Made by a program: the position numbers and the translations under genes. Shown here in pieces: positions 18,737-28,554 of a DNA stretch of 36,131 nucleotides. The notes below the pieces were generated by a model. That model searched no databases and was not told the origin of the DNA. It saw only the letters and a program-made list of their open reading frames with translations. Position 1 is the first letter of the stretch. Every line of letters starts with the position of its first letter. Source of the stretch: a phage; NCBI GenBank assembly GCA_018175075.1, contig GCA_018175075.1_4100.3; one strand, given 5' to 3'.

Positions 18737-19061
18737 ATTAGTGAAAGTAATGTACGCTACTCATATTAAACTACTACTTGTGAAATTTGATTATAATAAA
18801 AAACATAATGATTTCTATACTTTAATTCGTGATGAAAATACATTCTCCTTGCGATGCAACAATATACCGTTGAAGATAAATGATTTTACTTCACTTGACG
18901 AGGGGGAATTATTTCAAGAATCATTAGTTTTTAATAGTAATATAAAAATTGATATAGAAGTTATTAAAAAATACCAGATTCTATTGAACAAAATTATGAA
19001 TTGTTATCCATGTGAAATAGGTGGTCATATGCAGTTCAAATCAAAAATGTATGAATTATGA
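18726..19061 (+). CDS. hypothetical protein, family B
   Basis: Motif EGELFQESLVFN. Confidence 0.65.
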   Translation: MKTELVKVMYATHIKLLLVKFDYNKKHNDFYTLIRDENTFSLRCNNIPLKINDFTSLDEGELFQESLVFNSNIKIDIEVIKKYQILLNKIMNCYPCEIGGHMQFKSKMYEL

Positions 19062-19068
19062 GGTTTAT

Positions 19069-19605
19069 ATGTTAGATAAAAAAATGAACTCTGGAACCCA
19101 ATATAATCATCTTAAGTTGGATACATTCGAATCAGCTATCAGTACAGCACAAGATATAATTGATATTATCAAGTTCATTAAAGAAGATAAGTTCAAATGT
19201 TTGAAAATACTAAATCGTTCAATGTACCGTGATAAAAATATTCATGTATCAGTACGTAGACCGAAAGATCAAGAAAGTGGGAGAGATTTCTATAACAACA
19301 GTGAGCAGTTCGAATGTGAATATGATCCAGAATTTAGAGGTGGTTTCATGTGTTACAGTATGAAGGATACCTCACACATTGAGATACGTTCATCGAAAGG
19401 TGGCATACGTACATTAGAGTTTATTGATATAGTTTTAAATCAGGAATACTACTTTCAACTATCATTATTGTTTCCTGCATACGATTTAGGAGTTCTATTC
19501 ATGTATAAGTACTTTCATGAGCACTGGAATGAAGACTTCTATCTGGACTTAGAAGATTACCAATTAGTTTGGGAAGAAATGGTAGAACTTCGCAACCACT
19601 CTTGA
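19069..19605 (+). CDS. hypothetical protein, family B
   Basis: Motif QEYYFQLSLLFP; start set at first ATG after upstream stop (track GTG 19021). Confidence 0.55.
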   Translation: MLDKKMNSGTQYNHLKLDTFESAISTAQDIIDIIKFIKEDKFKCLKILNRSMYRDKNIHVSVRRPKDQESGRDFYNNSEQFECEYDPEFRGGFMCYSMKDTSHIEIRSSKGGIRTLEFIDIVLNQEYYFQLSLLFPAYDLGVLFMYKYFHEHWNEDFYLDLEDYQLVWEEMVELRNHS

Positions 19606-19631
19606 CACCCACCGATTTTTTGTGATATAAT
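19602..19631 (+). promoter_or_regulatory. sigma70-like promoter
   Basis: TTGACA (19602-19607, overlapping upstream stop codon), 18-bp spacer, TATAAT (19626-19631). Confidence 0.65.
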
Positions 19632-19654
19632 CCCTTTATATTAATTGTAAAGGG
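19632..19654 (+). promoter_or_regulatory. inverted repeat in 5' leader
   Basis: CCCTTTA / TAAAGGG 7-bp arms with 9-nt loop, between -10 element and ATG 19665. Confidence 0.5.
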
Positions 19655-19664
19655 TTATAACACA

Positions 19665-20141
19665 ATGTCCAAAGACCTATCATTTAGCAATGCACAAAAA
19701 ATAGCAAAAGACATTATCAGGGTTTATAAATTCCTTGCGAATGTTACTGAAGATTTTTCCGTGGGCAAACATACAGTCAAAAAACGAAATGGATACCTTT
19801 CCTTTATGGATGGGTTACTCTATAGTTCAGATGAATCAACTTGTAGTATTAGAGTGCTTGATGAAGTACCAAGTGGTGATTTTATTTCATACCATTTCCC
19901 AAGTTCAGATAATTTCAAATACTACAATCATCTTCTTATAAATGAAACATTTGATACGATTGTAATTAACACTGAAGAAGAGTTCTTTCAGTACAGTACT
20001 GTGTATCCAGAGAGGATTGTTTTCAGTTCAGTGATTTTAACAGCCCTTAAAAATGAACTAAATTCCGATAGTGATCATTTCTACTTGGACCTGAACAATG
20101 TCGATTGTATTATTGAGTACCTGGAGAAAAATGGTTTATGA
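19665..20141 (+). CDS. hypothetical protein, family B
   Basis: Motif EEEFFQYSTVYP. Confidence 0.65.
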   Translation: MSKDLSFSNAQKIAKDIIRVYKFLANVTEDFSVGKHTVKKRNGYLSFMDGLLYSSDESTCSIRVLDEVPSGDFISYHFPSSDNFKYYNHLLINETFDTIVINTEEEFFQYSTVYPERIVFSSVILTALKNELNSDSDHFYLDLNNVDCIIEYLEKNGL

Positions 20142-20647
20142 TTACTACAGAATATGATTACTATGGTGTTTTAGAATTTACAGAAAATATCTATCGCATT
20201 GCAAAGGAGTTCAGAAGTCCTAAGCCTTTTGGTGGAATGCCTTTTGGTGGTATGTTTCAATACGATGAGTTCAGTTCATCTAAAGGAAGACTAGCATTTA
20301 CTAATGGTAGAGGTAATCAAATCTACGCGGAGTACTTTGATGATAATGACTTTCATTACAAAGCAGAATACATTTCATATTGCCCTGGGTCTGATTTGAA
20401 GATTAATATTGATACATTTAGAGAAGCAGTATTTGTTCCGTATAATGATTTAGTCTTCATGACAGAGGAAATGTACTTTCAGGGTTCTTGTATTCATGAT
20501 GTAAAAGTACTTAATGCTATGTTATTTTATGGTGCACTACTTCATCATTACAAATACAAACAACGATTCTTTTTAGATTTAGCAGTATACTATAAATGCG
20601 TGGATTATTTGAATGCAAAATACGACAACAATTCAGTACATGACTGA
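20138..20647 (+). CDS. hypothetical protein, family B
   Basis: ATGA overlap; motif EEMYFQGSCIHD. Confidence 0.65.
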   Translation: MITTEYDYYGVLEFTENIYRIAKEFRSPKPFGGMPFGGMFQYDEFSSSKGRLAFTNGRGNQIYAEYFDDNDFHYKAEYISYCPGSDLKINIDTFREAVFVPYNDLVFMTEEMYFQGSCIHDVKVLNAMLFYGALLHHYKYKQRFFLDLAVYYKCVDYLNAKYDNNSVHD

Positions 20648-20975
20648 TGGTACTGAATACTTTGTTTCAAGATATGTAATCAACCACAACCATTATGTAA
20701 CCTATATTCCAGAATACAATCAATTTTATATCCAGATTTATCAATATAATGGAAAGATAAATGATATATATTCAGAAATAAAAATCCCTGATTATAGTAC
20801 TTTATCAGAAGAGGAATTATTTCAGGAGAGCACTATAAGTACTGAAGATGTGTACGAAATAATGGAATACCAGAAGGTACTTAAACATTTTCATGAAGCA
20901 AATGATATACAAATCGATATTGTTAAACCGTGGTGTTACAATACATATGAGGTAAATTATGTTAGAAATGATTAA
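20613..20975 (+). CDS. hypothetical protein, family B
   Basis: Motif EEELFQESTIST; alternative start ATG 20640. Confidence 0.6.
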   Translation: MQNTTTIQYMTDGTEYFVSRYVINHNHYVTYIPEYNQFYIQIYQYNGKINDIYSEIKIPDYSTLSEEELFQESTISTEDVYEIMEYQKVLKHFHEANDIQIDIVKPWCYNTYEVNYVRND

Positions 20976-21372
20976 AATTATGCAACGTTGTGTTGTTGAC
21001 CAACACGGGATATATGGATATCGTTTAAGTGCTCCTATTGACAAAAATAAAACAACCTATGTAAGCTATAATGCTGTACAAGGATTTGATATATTCATTA
21101 GTACTAATTATCAAATCAAACAAGCTAAAGATGTGTCTATAATGACCCCTGATGAGTTATTTCAGTACAGCTTAGTCTTTCCTACATGTATCGATTTACA
21201 ACGTCTAGGAGCGATACAGAAGGTTTTACGCGAACATAAAGTACAACCCAATAAAGTCACACACATTCCAGAAACAATCTTCAAAACCATAGAAGTAGAA
21301 ACTCCTGATTATATGTTAAGTGATGATGAGTACTACGAGAAACACTTCCCTGGTAAAGTTTGGAGAGACTAA
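20959..21372 (+). CDS. hypothetical protein, family B
   Basis: GAGGT RBS; motif PDELFQYSLVFP. Confidence 0.65.
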   Translation: MLEMIKIMQRCVVDQHGIYGYRLSAPIDKNKTTYVSYNAVQGFDIFISTNYQIKQAKDVSIMTPDELFQYSLVFPTCIDLQRLGAIQKVLREHKVQPNKVTHIPETIFKTIEVETPDYMLSDDEYYEKHFPGKVWRD

Positions 21373-21863
21373 TGAACCGAAAGTACAGAGAAACTATGAA
21401 GTTCGCTAGGGAGTGTTTAGAAGTGTTTGAGTTCATCAATGCTCATAAAGATTTACTCCATAGATACATTGCAATCAGTGAGACAGATGACCATAGGTAC
21501 ATATGTTCTCGAATTCAAGATAAGATATATAAGATTGTGTTCTCGGAAACATACACAGATACATCTAATTCACTATATGATTTTGCACGTACTGATTACG
21601 TTTCATACAAATCTTGGTCTGATAGTATTAAAATTGTGCACAAGCAAAATACATTTTATTCTTTTCTTACGGACATTTCCGAAGAAAGTTACTTTCAAAA
21701 CAGTTTAATTTATACAGAAAAAGAACTCAAAATGTTATATATTATGTCGTACTTTAAAAAGTACTGCAAATTTAATACATTATCTTTTGAGATTTCTGCA
21801 ATGAAAGTATTCATTAAAAATGTAAAAGAATTAAAGAGGGCTTTTAATGTACATAGAAAATGA
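21372..21863 (+). CDS. hypothetical protein, family B
   Basis: TAATG overlap with upstream stop (track TTG 21360); motif EESYFQNSLIYT. Confidence 0.6.
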   Translation: MNRKYRETMKFARECLEVFEFINAHKDLLHRYIAISETDDHRYICSRIQDKIYKIVFSETYTDTSNSLYDFARTDYVSYKSWSDSIKIVHKQNTFYSFLTDISEESYFQNSLIYTEKELKMLYIMSYFKKYCKFNTLSFEISAMKVFIKNVKELKRAFNVHRK

Positions 21864-22389
21864 GAATGTAAAATGCATTACTGACATTTGTATAAAATTA
21901 ATGAAAATTTTCATTAATCCAAAATACAAAAAACGTTCATTACATCATAATATTGATGAGCATTGTACCATTAATATACTAGGTAGTATTCTTGATGTAA
22001 AATATGATGGTAAAATGTTATTCGGTATAAGAGAAGAGAAAATAGATGATGCATTCTTTTCCTGTAAAGATAAATTTGAACCTTCTGATTATAAAGTAAT
22101 TATTCGTGATGATAGCATCTACATTAGTAGTGATTATTCAAATTACTTCGATAAAATATACACTGAAAACGTTGACTACCATTATGAAATGATAGATTTA
22201 CCAGTAACAGACATTGATATGGAGAGAATCAAATTTTCATTATCAGATAATGAGTACTTAGGTATACAAACATATTATTCACTACAAGGAAAGATTCCAC
22301 CTGCTATGTATATAAGGATTGAGATTGGTAATGTATTCAATGATAAGGTTATATCAATTGCTGATAAAATATTGAGGGTTGAATTATGA
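21847..22389 (+). CDS. hypothetical protein
   Basis: 180-aa ORF; AGAGGG RBS; no clear motif. Confidence 0.55.
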   Translation: MYIENENVKCITDICIKLMKIFINPKYKKRSLHHNIDEHCTINILGSILDVKYDGKMLFGIREEKIDDAFFSCKDKFEPSDYKVIIRDDSIYISSDYSNYFDKIYTENVDYHYEMIDLPVTDIDMERIKFSLSDNEYLGIQTYYSLQGKIPPAMYIRIEIGNVFNDKVISIADKILRVEL

Positions 22390-22949
22390 ATATCAATGAT
22401 TACCAATTTCATAGGCTTGAATTTCGTCATTGTGTTGCATTTGCAAAAACATTGATGTGCATCATTGACACTCTTTCATCCAAACAATTTCGTAAGGATA
22501 ATGATTTATTTCTGAAAAAAGGTCGTGTAACATCAACCGATATCGGTATTGAACTATTTGTTGATATCAGTGTTGATACCGGAGACAGTACAAGGGTTGG
22601 TTGTATAGGTCATATTGGTACACATTGCTTCACATGGAATCCAAATACAAGTCAAGTGCGAATTGATTATAGAAATTCACGTTGGGTTGATCTTAGTACT
22701 GAATCAGATTTAGAATCAGCTATGTTCCAGCTAAGTTTAATTCACAATCCTAATGAACTTCTTTACATTATTACTTTCAGTTATCTGTTACAAAACTACG
22801 ATAAACCATCAGGGTTTTTCATAGAATCGGATATAGAAGAAATTATGGAAGAGTTTCCTAGTTTAAAGGATATTCTGGAAGAAAAAGATTTCTATGAAGA
22901 CTTCAGAGATTTATACGACATGCACTTGGAGTTATTTAAGAATGGATAA
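22386..22949 (+). CDS. hypothetical protein, family B
   Basis: Motif ESAMFQLSLIHN. Confidence 0.65.
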   Translation: MNINDYQFHRLEFRHCVAFAKTLMCIIDTLSSKQFRKDNDLFLKKGRVTSTDIGIELFVDISVDTGDSTRVGCIGHIGTHCFTWNPNTSQVRIDYRNSRWVDLSTESDLESAMFQLSLIHNPNELLYIITFSYLLQNYDKPSGFFIESDIEEIMEEFPSLKDILEEKDFYEDFRDLYDMHLELFKNG

Positions 22950-23460
22950 AGATGATATTCTAATTAGACTAATTAATAGTTTAATAAAGTTCTCAAATAA
23001 TGATGTCGATACATACAAAGTGGGGGATATTGAATTTAAATCATTTGGTATGTACGGTGAGGATAAAACATATTATGCGTCAATGAAATTTCAAGATTTT
23101 CACGAGATGTTAATATCGTTATCATATGAAGATGTTGATCCAAGATGGAGTTCCAGTATTTCACTATCGAGAATGGTAATTCGTAGTAAGCATCGTTATA
23201 TTTCGTCAAAGAATACTCCTAACTTGATTAATATTGTCTTGAATGAAAATACAAATCCCCTATCTAAACATGATATCGTACCGTTAACCGATGAAGTTCT
23301 TTTTCAATTGAGTACCATTTGTGATGAAGATGTGATATCATGTATGAAAATTTATGAGAAGGTTGGGAGTGATATTCCCATGAACTATTACCTAACTATA
23401 GATGGAACGTACCTTCGAGATGAGGTTCTAGCGTACATTGACAGTGTTTTACCAAAATAA
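22942..23460 (+). CDS. hypothetical protein, family B
   Basis: Motif DEVLFQLSTICD; start at ATG 22942 overlapping upstream stop (track 22894). Confidence 0.6.
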   Translation: MDKDDILIRLINSLIKFSNNDVDTYKVGDIEFKSFGMYGEDKTYYASMKFQDFHEMLISLSYEDVDPRWSSSISLSRMVIRSKHRYISSKNTPNLINIVLNENTNPLSKHDIVPLTDEVLFQLSTICDEDVISCMKIYEKVGSDIPMNYYLTIDGTYLRDEVLAYIDSVLPK

Positions 23461-23481
23461 AGACCCGTATGGGTCTTTTTG
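23459..23481 (+). terminator. rho-independent terminator
   Basis: AGACCC gtat GGGTCT hairpin followed by TTTTT, directly after stop at 23460. Confidence 0.7.
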
Positions 23482-23491
23482 TGTTTATGGC

Positions 23492-23520
23492 TTTACAAGA
23501 GCATTCAGGTGTGTTATACT
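23492..23520 (+). promoter_or_regulatory. sigma70-like promoter
   Basis: TTTACA (23492-23497), 17-bp spacer, TATACT (23515-23520). Confidence 0.65.
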
Positions 23521-23547
23521 TGATTTTAACTAGAGTTGGAGGAATCT

Positions 23548-24114
23548 ATGAGTACTGAATTAATTAAAGAAGTCACATTACTTCTGAAGCATTGTTTTAA
23601 GTTCATTCCTGATACTGGCTCACGCCAGTACATTAAAGTTAATGAGAAATATAACATCAATATCCTTGTATCTGAAACTGCGAGCAGTTATGCTAACATT
23701 GAGTTGGATTCTGAAGAAAAATATACAGTATTACAAATCATAGCAGATGTACAACGTAAACAAGATTATCGTTCTTCATTTTACAACGATCATCTGTGTG
23801 TTTGCTCAAACTTCAGTGAGAATAAAATTGTGTATAAGAATTTATACACACATGAAGTGATTGATACATATAATTATAAAATTTCATCTGATGAATACAA
23901 TGTTCTAATGTTCAACGCAAACCTTTTGTATGATGCCAGTACTGTACGCTGTTTAGAGTTAGCATATAAAATTCCAAAGATCATGGAAAGAAAAGATTTG
24001 ATTCACTTTAAAACAATTTTAAAATACAGTACAAAAGAATTAGAGGATTTAGTACAGGCTCTTAAGAATTTCATTAATGAACATGTACCTGTTAAATTCG
24101 AGGATGCACAATGA
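23548..24114 (+). CDS. hypothetical protein
   Basis: GGAGGAA RBS 4 nt before ATG 23548 (track begins TTG 23536); family motif only degenerate (LMFNANLLYD). Confidence 0.6.
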   Translation: MSTELIKEVTLLLKHCFKFIPDTGSRQYIKVNEKYNINILVSETASSYANIELDSEEKYTVLQIIADVQRKQDYRSSFYNDHLCVCSNFSENKIVYKNLYTHEVIDTYNYKISSDEYNVLMFNANLLYDASTVRCLELAYKIPKIMERKDLIHFKTILKYSTKELEDLVQALKNFINEHVPVKFEDAQ

Positions 24115-24695
24115 ACCATATCAGAACTAAAATTTTGAGACTCATGCATGACATTGCAGAACTTTCAGAGATTCATGACATTACAGAAATTGTTGAATTT
24201 GATAATTATCGACTGAAAATTGAAAACAAATCCAAACATCGTTTTGGTTCAGTTCAGTTGGATGTATATAAAACTTATGAATTTTCTAAAAAAATTAAAA
24301 GTTCATGGGATACGATTACTATGTACATTCGCACATCCAGAAATCGTGAACGTATTGGTTCTATTTCTTATAATATGGTATTTGCGAATGCATTACATGA
24401 AAAAATGAATAAAATTGTAGAATCTAATTTCAGTGAAGATGATGGTTTTATTGGTTTGGAAGTTCCACCAGAATTAGACCAAAGTGAAGATATTCGAGAT
24501 GCATTCATTTTCCAGAAATCATTGTTGGACAATTACAAAGAATTCGAGTACTTAATGCTTTGTTACGATACTGCAAAAGTTCTTGATTGTGGTGAACTAG
24601 TTATGTACAATGATTTTATCAATTGCAAGACTGATGTTCTGAATACACTACTTCAAAATATAGAATCTGTTAAGGAAAAATATGAACGCTTATAG
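24111..24695 (+). CDS. hypothetical protein, family B
   Basis: ATGA overlap; motif DAFIFQKSLLDN. Confidence 0.6.
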   Translation: MNHIRTKILRLMHDIAELSEIHDITEIVEFDNYRLKIENKSKHRFGSVQLDVYKTYEFSKKIKSSWDTITMYIRTSRNRERIGSISYNMVFANALHEKMNKIVESNFSEDDGFIGLEVPPELDQSEDIRDAFIFQKSLLDNYKEFEYLMLCYDTAKVLDCGELVMYNDFINCKTDVLNTLLQNIESVKEKYERL

Positions 24696-25260
24696 TTATA
24701 TGACAGAACGCCATCAGTTATTATATGATATCAGTAAAAAAATGCTATCAATTGTTGGTAGTGCGAAAGAAATTGAAAAACAATATCTCATCCGTGATGT
24801 AGCAATTTCATCTAAATGTTGGTCAAATGAATATTACGACCACGGTATTCTTACTATTTCTGGGGCCAGAAATATTTGTATTGTAAAAAATAAAAGTAAA
24901 AGTAATGAAGAGTGTGAGATTAGAACCGATATACAAATTAAGGATGATGGAAGTTTTTCACATCACCCATTCCATATTAGTACTGTTGGTGTTTTATATA
25001 ATATTAAAGTTCTATTCGGTGATGAAGAGTATGTGTTAAAAGCTATCAATCCAGATTCAAGTACAGTTGAAGAAGAACTGTTCCAGATGAGCACTGTTAT
25101 ACCTGAAGAGGTTCTTAGTACTGTTATTTTTTGTAGTTTAATTTATCATGAATACAAAAAGTACCAGTTCGATTTCCACATGTTAGGAACGTACATCTTC
25201 AATAATTTGAATGTAGATCGTTTAAAAGCATTAAATTCAGCAATGGATAAGGTGCTATAA
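24682..25260 (+). CDS. hypothetical protein, family B
   Basis: AAGGAAAAA RBS; motif EEELFQMSTVIP. Confidence 0.65.
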   Translation: MNAYSYMTERHQLLYDISKKMLSIVGSAKEIEKQYLIRDVAISSKCWSNEYYDHGILTISGARNICIVKNKSKSNEECEIRTDIQIKDDGSFSHHPFHISTVGVLYNIKVLFGDEEYVLKAINPDSSTVEEELFQMSTVIPEEVLSTVIFCSLIYHEYKKYQFDFHMLGTYIFNNLNVDRLKALNSAMDKVL

Positions 25261-25688
25261 TGACAAGAGATGATTGTTTGTACATATGGGATATAATTGA
25301 AACTACACTTTCAAATCCAGAAAATTATAAAACACAAAAAAGACAACGACACAAAACATGGATAGATTTGTTCGTTGAGGACATACACGCAGTGACTATT
25401 TGGGATTCACCGAGGACATCAGCATCTACTCTGTTGGACAATGAATGCATTGATTGCATTAATTCCACTTTTCATCTCCACGGTACTACAATTTTTGGTA
25501 CATTTCTGGATATTGAAAGTAAAGATGATATTGATTCACTTGCGTTACAATACCAAGTACTGTATAATACTAAATTAATTTACGATTTAGTACTAGCTTC
25601 TTATGTGTATAAATTAATGATGAAATATAATCATATTTCTGTTTCAGTTTATACTAAGGATATTCTTTCATTAAGAGACAAAACATGA
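25260..25688 (+). CDS. hypothetical protein
   Basis: AAGGTG RBS; 142-aa ORF; motif absent or degenerate. Confidence 0.55.
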   Translation: MTRDDCLYIWDIIETTLSNPENYKTQKRQRHKTWIDLFVEDIHAVTIWDSPRTSASTLLDNECIDCINSTFHLHGTTIFGTFLDIESKDDIDSLALQYQVLYNTKLIYDLVLASYVYKLMMKYNHISVSVYTKDILSLRDKT

Positions 25689-26194
25689 GTTTATTAAATG
25701 CACGCGAATTGGTTGAGATGTATGAGATTTTGTCTTCATATAAAAATTCTCATGGAGATGTGATTCTCGACAAAAAGTTCCATGTCAGTGTTGAACATAT
25801 ATCAAATATAGATATGATTTCTTTGGTGGAAAGTAATAAGTCAGGTCTTGAACGCGATATCATGCGTTTGATTTATATTCCCAAACCATCATATACTAAT
25901 GATAGTTCAATTAGTAATGAGACATTCATGTATAGTCCCGGTACGGATTCTACTATAGTATCGCTGTCCAATAAATCAATGGATACTTTCCAATTCATAT
26001 ATACCAGTACTGATAACATTGAAGAAATTGAATTTCAAAACAATACATTAAGTCCATGTAGTAGTGTTATAACCTTTATGTCATATCTATGGTCAACTAA
26101 AACAAGTGCTGTTGTATATAGTTCAAATTATACACAAGATAGTATTGTTGAATCATATAAAGTTCTAAAGGAATACTATGAAAATAACAAATGA
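25685..26194 (+). CDS. hypothetical protein (family B-like, divergent)
   Basis: ATGA overlap; weak motif EEIEFQNNTLSP. Confidence 0.55.
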   Translation: MSLLNARELVEMYEILSSYKNSHGDVILDKKFHVSVEHISNIDMISLVESNKSGLERDIMRLIYIPKPSYTNDSSISNETFMYSPGTDSTIVSLSNKSMDTFQFIYTSTDNIEEIEFQNNTLSPCSSVITFMSYLWSTKTSAVVYSSNYTQDSIVESYKVLKEYYENNK

Positions 26195-26759
26195 TTTTAT
26201 TAAAAGTGTAGTACACCCTATGCTTAGTATTATGAAAAAAATACAGAATCTACCGGAAGATAACGATTACAAGTTTAATCGTTTTGATTCAGATGTGTTT
26301 TGTATTGAAATTGAAATTAATAACAATCGCAATTTACATTTAAAATTCAAAGAATCTTCGAGTCCGTACTACAACTTTGATATGAATTTTAAAATAGATA
26401 CTGACATTGAAGAAAACATAATATCAAATCATACTAGCAAAAATGGTTTTATGCATAGAACTACTATGTACAATAATAAAAATAGTATTATATCTAAATG
26501 GAATCAACAATTCACTAAAATTTGTGAAATTGAATATAATGATTTTGGTGAAGAGAATTACTTTCAGTTAAGTACAATTCATGAACTTCCACCGTATGAT
26601 TATGTTAAAACATGGTTTGATATTCATAATATAATTGATGATGCAATCAAACTTCCATTTGGTGTGTCAATATCATATACTGCTCCTAAAACATTTGTTT
26701 TTACTGAAGATATGATTATGAAAAAGATATGGGCAATTATCCCACTTATGATGGATTAA
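26178..26759 (+). CDS. hypothetical protein, family B
   Basis: AAGGAA RBS; motif EENYFQLSTIHE. Confidence 0.65.
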   Translation: MKITNDFIKSVVHPMLSIMKKIQNLPEDNDYKFNRFDSDVFCIEIEINNNRNLHLKFKESSSPYYNFDMNFKIDTDIEENIISNHTSKNGFMHRTTMYNNKNSIISKWNQQFTKICEIEYNDFGEENYFQLSTIHELPPYDYVKTWFDIHNIIDDAIKLPFGVSISYTAPKTFVFTEDMIMKKIWAIIPLMMD

Positions 26760-26773
26760 ATTCGTACCAGGGG

Positions 26774-26802
26774 TTGACTCTGGTATTTTTGTATGATACA
26801 TT
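26774..26802 (+). promoter_or_regulatory. possible sigma70-like promoter
   Basis: TTGACT (26774-26779), 17-bp spacer, TACATT (26797-26802); followed by AAAGGAGAA RBS. Confidence 0.45.
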
Positions 26803-26820
26803 GTCCTAAAGGAGAATTTT

Positions 26821-27372
26821 ATGAACTACAATCATGATCTTTTTACATTATGTGCATCCAAATGTGTTGATGGATGGACAGATAAAATCAATACCATAAT
26901 TCATCGATATCTGGTCTTTAGTTCTCGTGCACGAAGTGAGGGGGCTATGGATTTCAAATATACACTATCTATTGATGGTGTAACTATCCATGCAGACGAA
27001 GAACGTCTGAGCATTAATTTGTATGATTCCTGTGTATTTGCTATTCACCAAAAGATGGGGAAAGGATGGGGTTGTAATAACATTAACTCAAAAGCTATCT
27101 TTTGGGTTGGTCACCACCAGACAGTACTTGATCCTTCAATCAAATCTAATCTTTTATCCGATAATATGGTTTATGATTTATTGTACTCCGAAGAACAACA
27201 TTTTCAGTTAAGTACATTACATGATCTGGCACAGTACGAGGATTGTTACAAAACTTTAGAACTATGCCATTCCCTTGAACTTAAAGATAAATTGATACAA
27301 GTTTACCCTTCATTCTTTCATGAAGAAGTACAAAGTACACTAGATCATATTTTATATGGATACGATAAATGA
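26821..27372 (+). CDS. hypothetical protein, family B
   Basis: AAAGGAGAA RBS; motif EEQHFQLSTLHD. Confidence 0.7.
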   Translation: MNYNHDLFTLCASKCVDGWTDKINTIIHRYLVFSSRARSEGAMDFKYTLSIDGVTIHADEERLSINLYDSCVFAIHQKMGKGWGCNNINSKAIFWVGHHQTVLDPSIKSNLLSDNMVYDLLYSEEQHFQLSTLHDLAQYEDCYKTLELCHSLELKDKLIQVYPSFFHEEVQSTLDHILYGYDK

Positions 27373-27971
27373 GAAAAAGTTATCAAGAAGCTATTGACTT
27401 AATTCGTGAAGTTATCAAGGTGGCTCCTGCTGCTATTGAGTTCAAGAAGTCCATATACAAGAAGTATGGTCCAATGTCGAGTATGTGCTTTCAAAAGAAA
27501 CGTAGTGCATATACTACACAGTACTGGAATGATTCTATCATCCTGAGCAATGAGACTCAGCGTATTTTATCTCTAGAATCTGAACCTACTGATTACGGGG
27601 AAGGGAACATTTGTGCACCTGATTATGATGAAATTAACTTCAACTGCGGTGATTTTGAAACAACATTATTACTTCATGAGGGTTATCCAGAAGGTGATGT
27701 ATTAGCTGAGTACAATCCAAAAACTAAAATTCTCAAAAGAGGAATCCAGTTCACTATTAATAACAAAGATGATGTTCAAGCAGCACTGATGCAACTGAGT
27801 ACAAGTGAACCTATCACTATTAGTGTAGAAGAGTTATGGGGAATTATTTCAGTACTCAATGAGTGCTATAAAGTAAAATCATTGCGTAAACACAGCATTA
27901 TATTACATACCAATATGGCAAATATAAAATGTAAGCACATTCAAGAAATGGTGGTTCCAGATGGACTTTAA
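27369..27971 (+). CDS. hypothetical protein (family B-like, degenerate)
   Basis: ATGA overlap; weak motif AALMQLSTSEP. Confidence 0.55.
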   Translation: MRKSYQEAIDLIREVIKVAPAAIEFKKSIYKKYGPMSSMCFQKKRSAYTTQYWNDSIILSNETQRILSLESEPTDYGEGNICAPDYDEINFNCGDFETTLLLHEGYPEGDVLAEYNPKTKILKRGIQFTINNKDDVQAALMQLSTSEPITISVEELWGIISVLNECYKVKSLRKHSIILHTNMANIKCKHIQEMVVPDGL

Positions 27972-28545
27972 AGAAATTGAAAGTAAATTAAAGTACTTCA
28001 AAGATATCAAACTTCTTTGGGAAAAGTATAAAGTTGATTACAATTTCAGTGATGATGACACTGTAAAAACAATTGAGATTAATATCAAAATCAAGTTCAA
28101 GAATAATAATTATGGTGAAGTAACCTTAAATCATACTGGTATATCACTCAAGGACTATGATGGTTCAACACTCGCATATTTTGACTTCACACCAGAACCA
28201 GATGAAACACTACTTAGTGAGATAAATTCCTATGACATGGAAGTGTTCGGCGGGAATCCGTTACTGTTCCGACTTTCTGAAGATTGGAGTGAAGAATACT
28301 ACACTTACAAAGATGGTGTAGTACTTGACATTAATGGTGAAGTTGTGAATGACTTGGAAGAACGCTTGTTCCAAGAATTGTGTGTTTCAAATACTTCATA
28401 TGCATACAATCATATCCTTGACATGTTTGATTTATATAGTAAAATAGATGCTGAAATGAATGCACATGGTATTCATTATCTTACAATCAACGACTATGCT
28501 CAACTTGAAACTGTAGTGAAAGCATTGACTAAAGTACTGAAATAG
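27961..28545 (+). CDS. hypothetical protein, family B
   Basis: Motif EERLFQELCVSN. Confidence 0.6.
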   Translation: MDFKEIESKLKYFKDIKLLWEKYKVDYNFSDDDTVKTIEINIKIKFKNNNYGEVTLNHTGISLKDYDGSTLAYFDFTPEPDETLLSEINSYDMEVFGGNPLLFRLSEDWSEEYYTYKDGVVLDINGEVVNDLEERLFQELCVSNTSYAYNHILDMFDLYSKIDAEMNAHGIHYLTINDYAQLETVVKALTKVLK

Positions 28546-28554
28546 GAATGAAAT

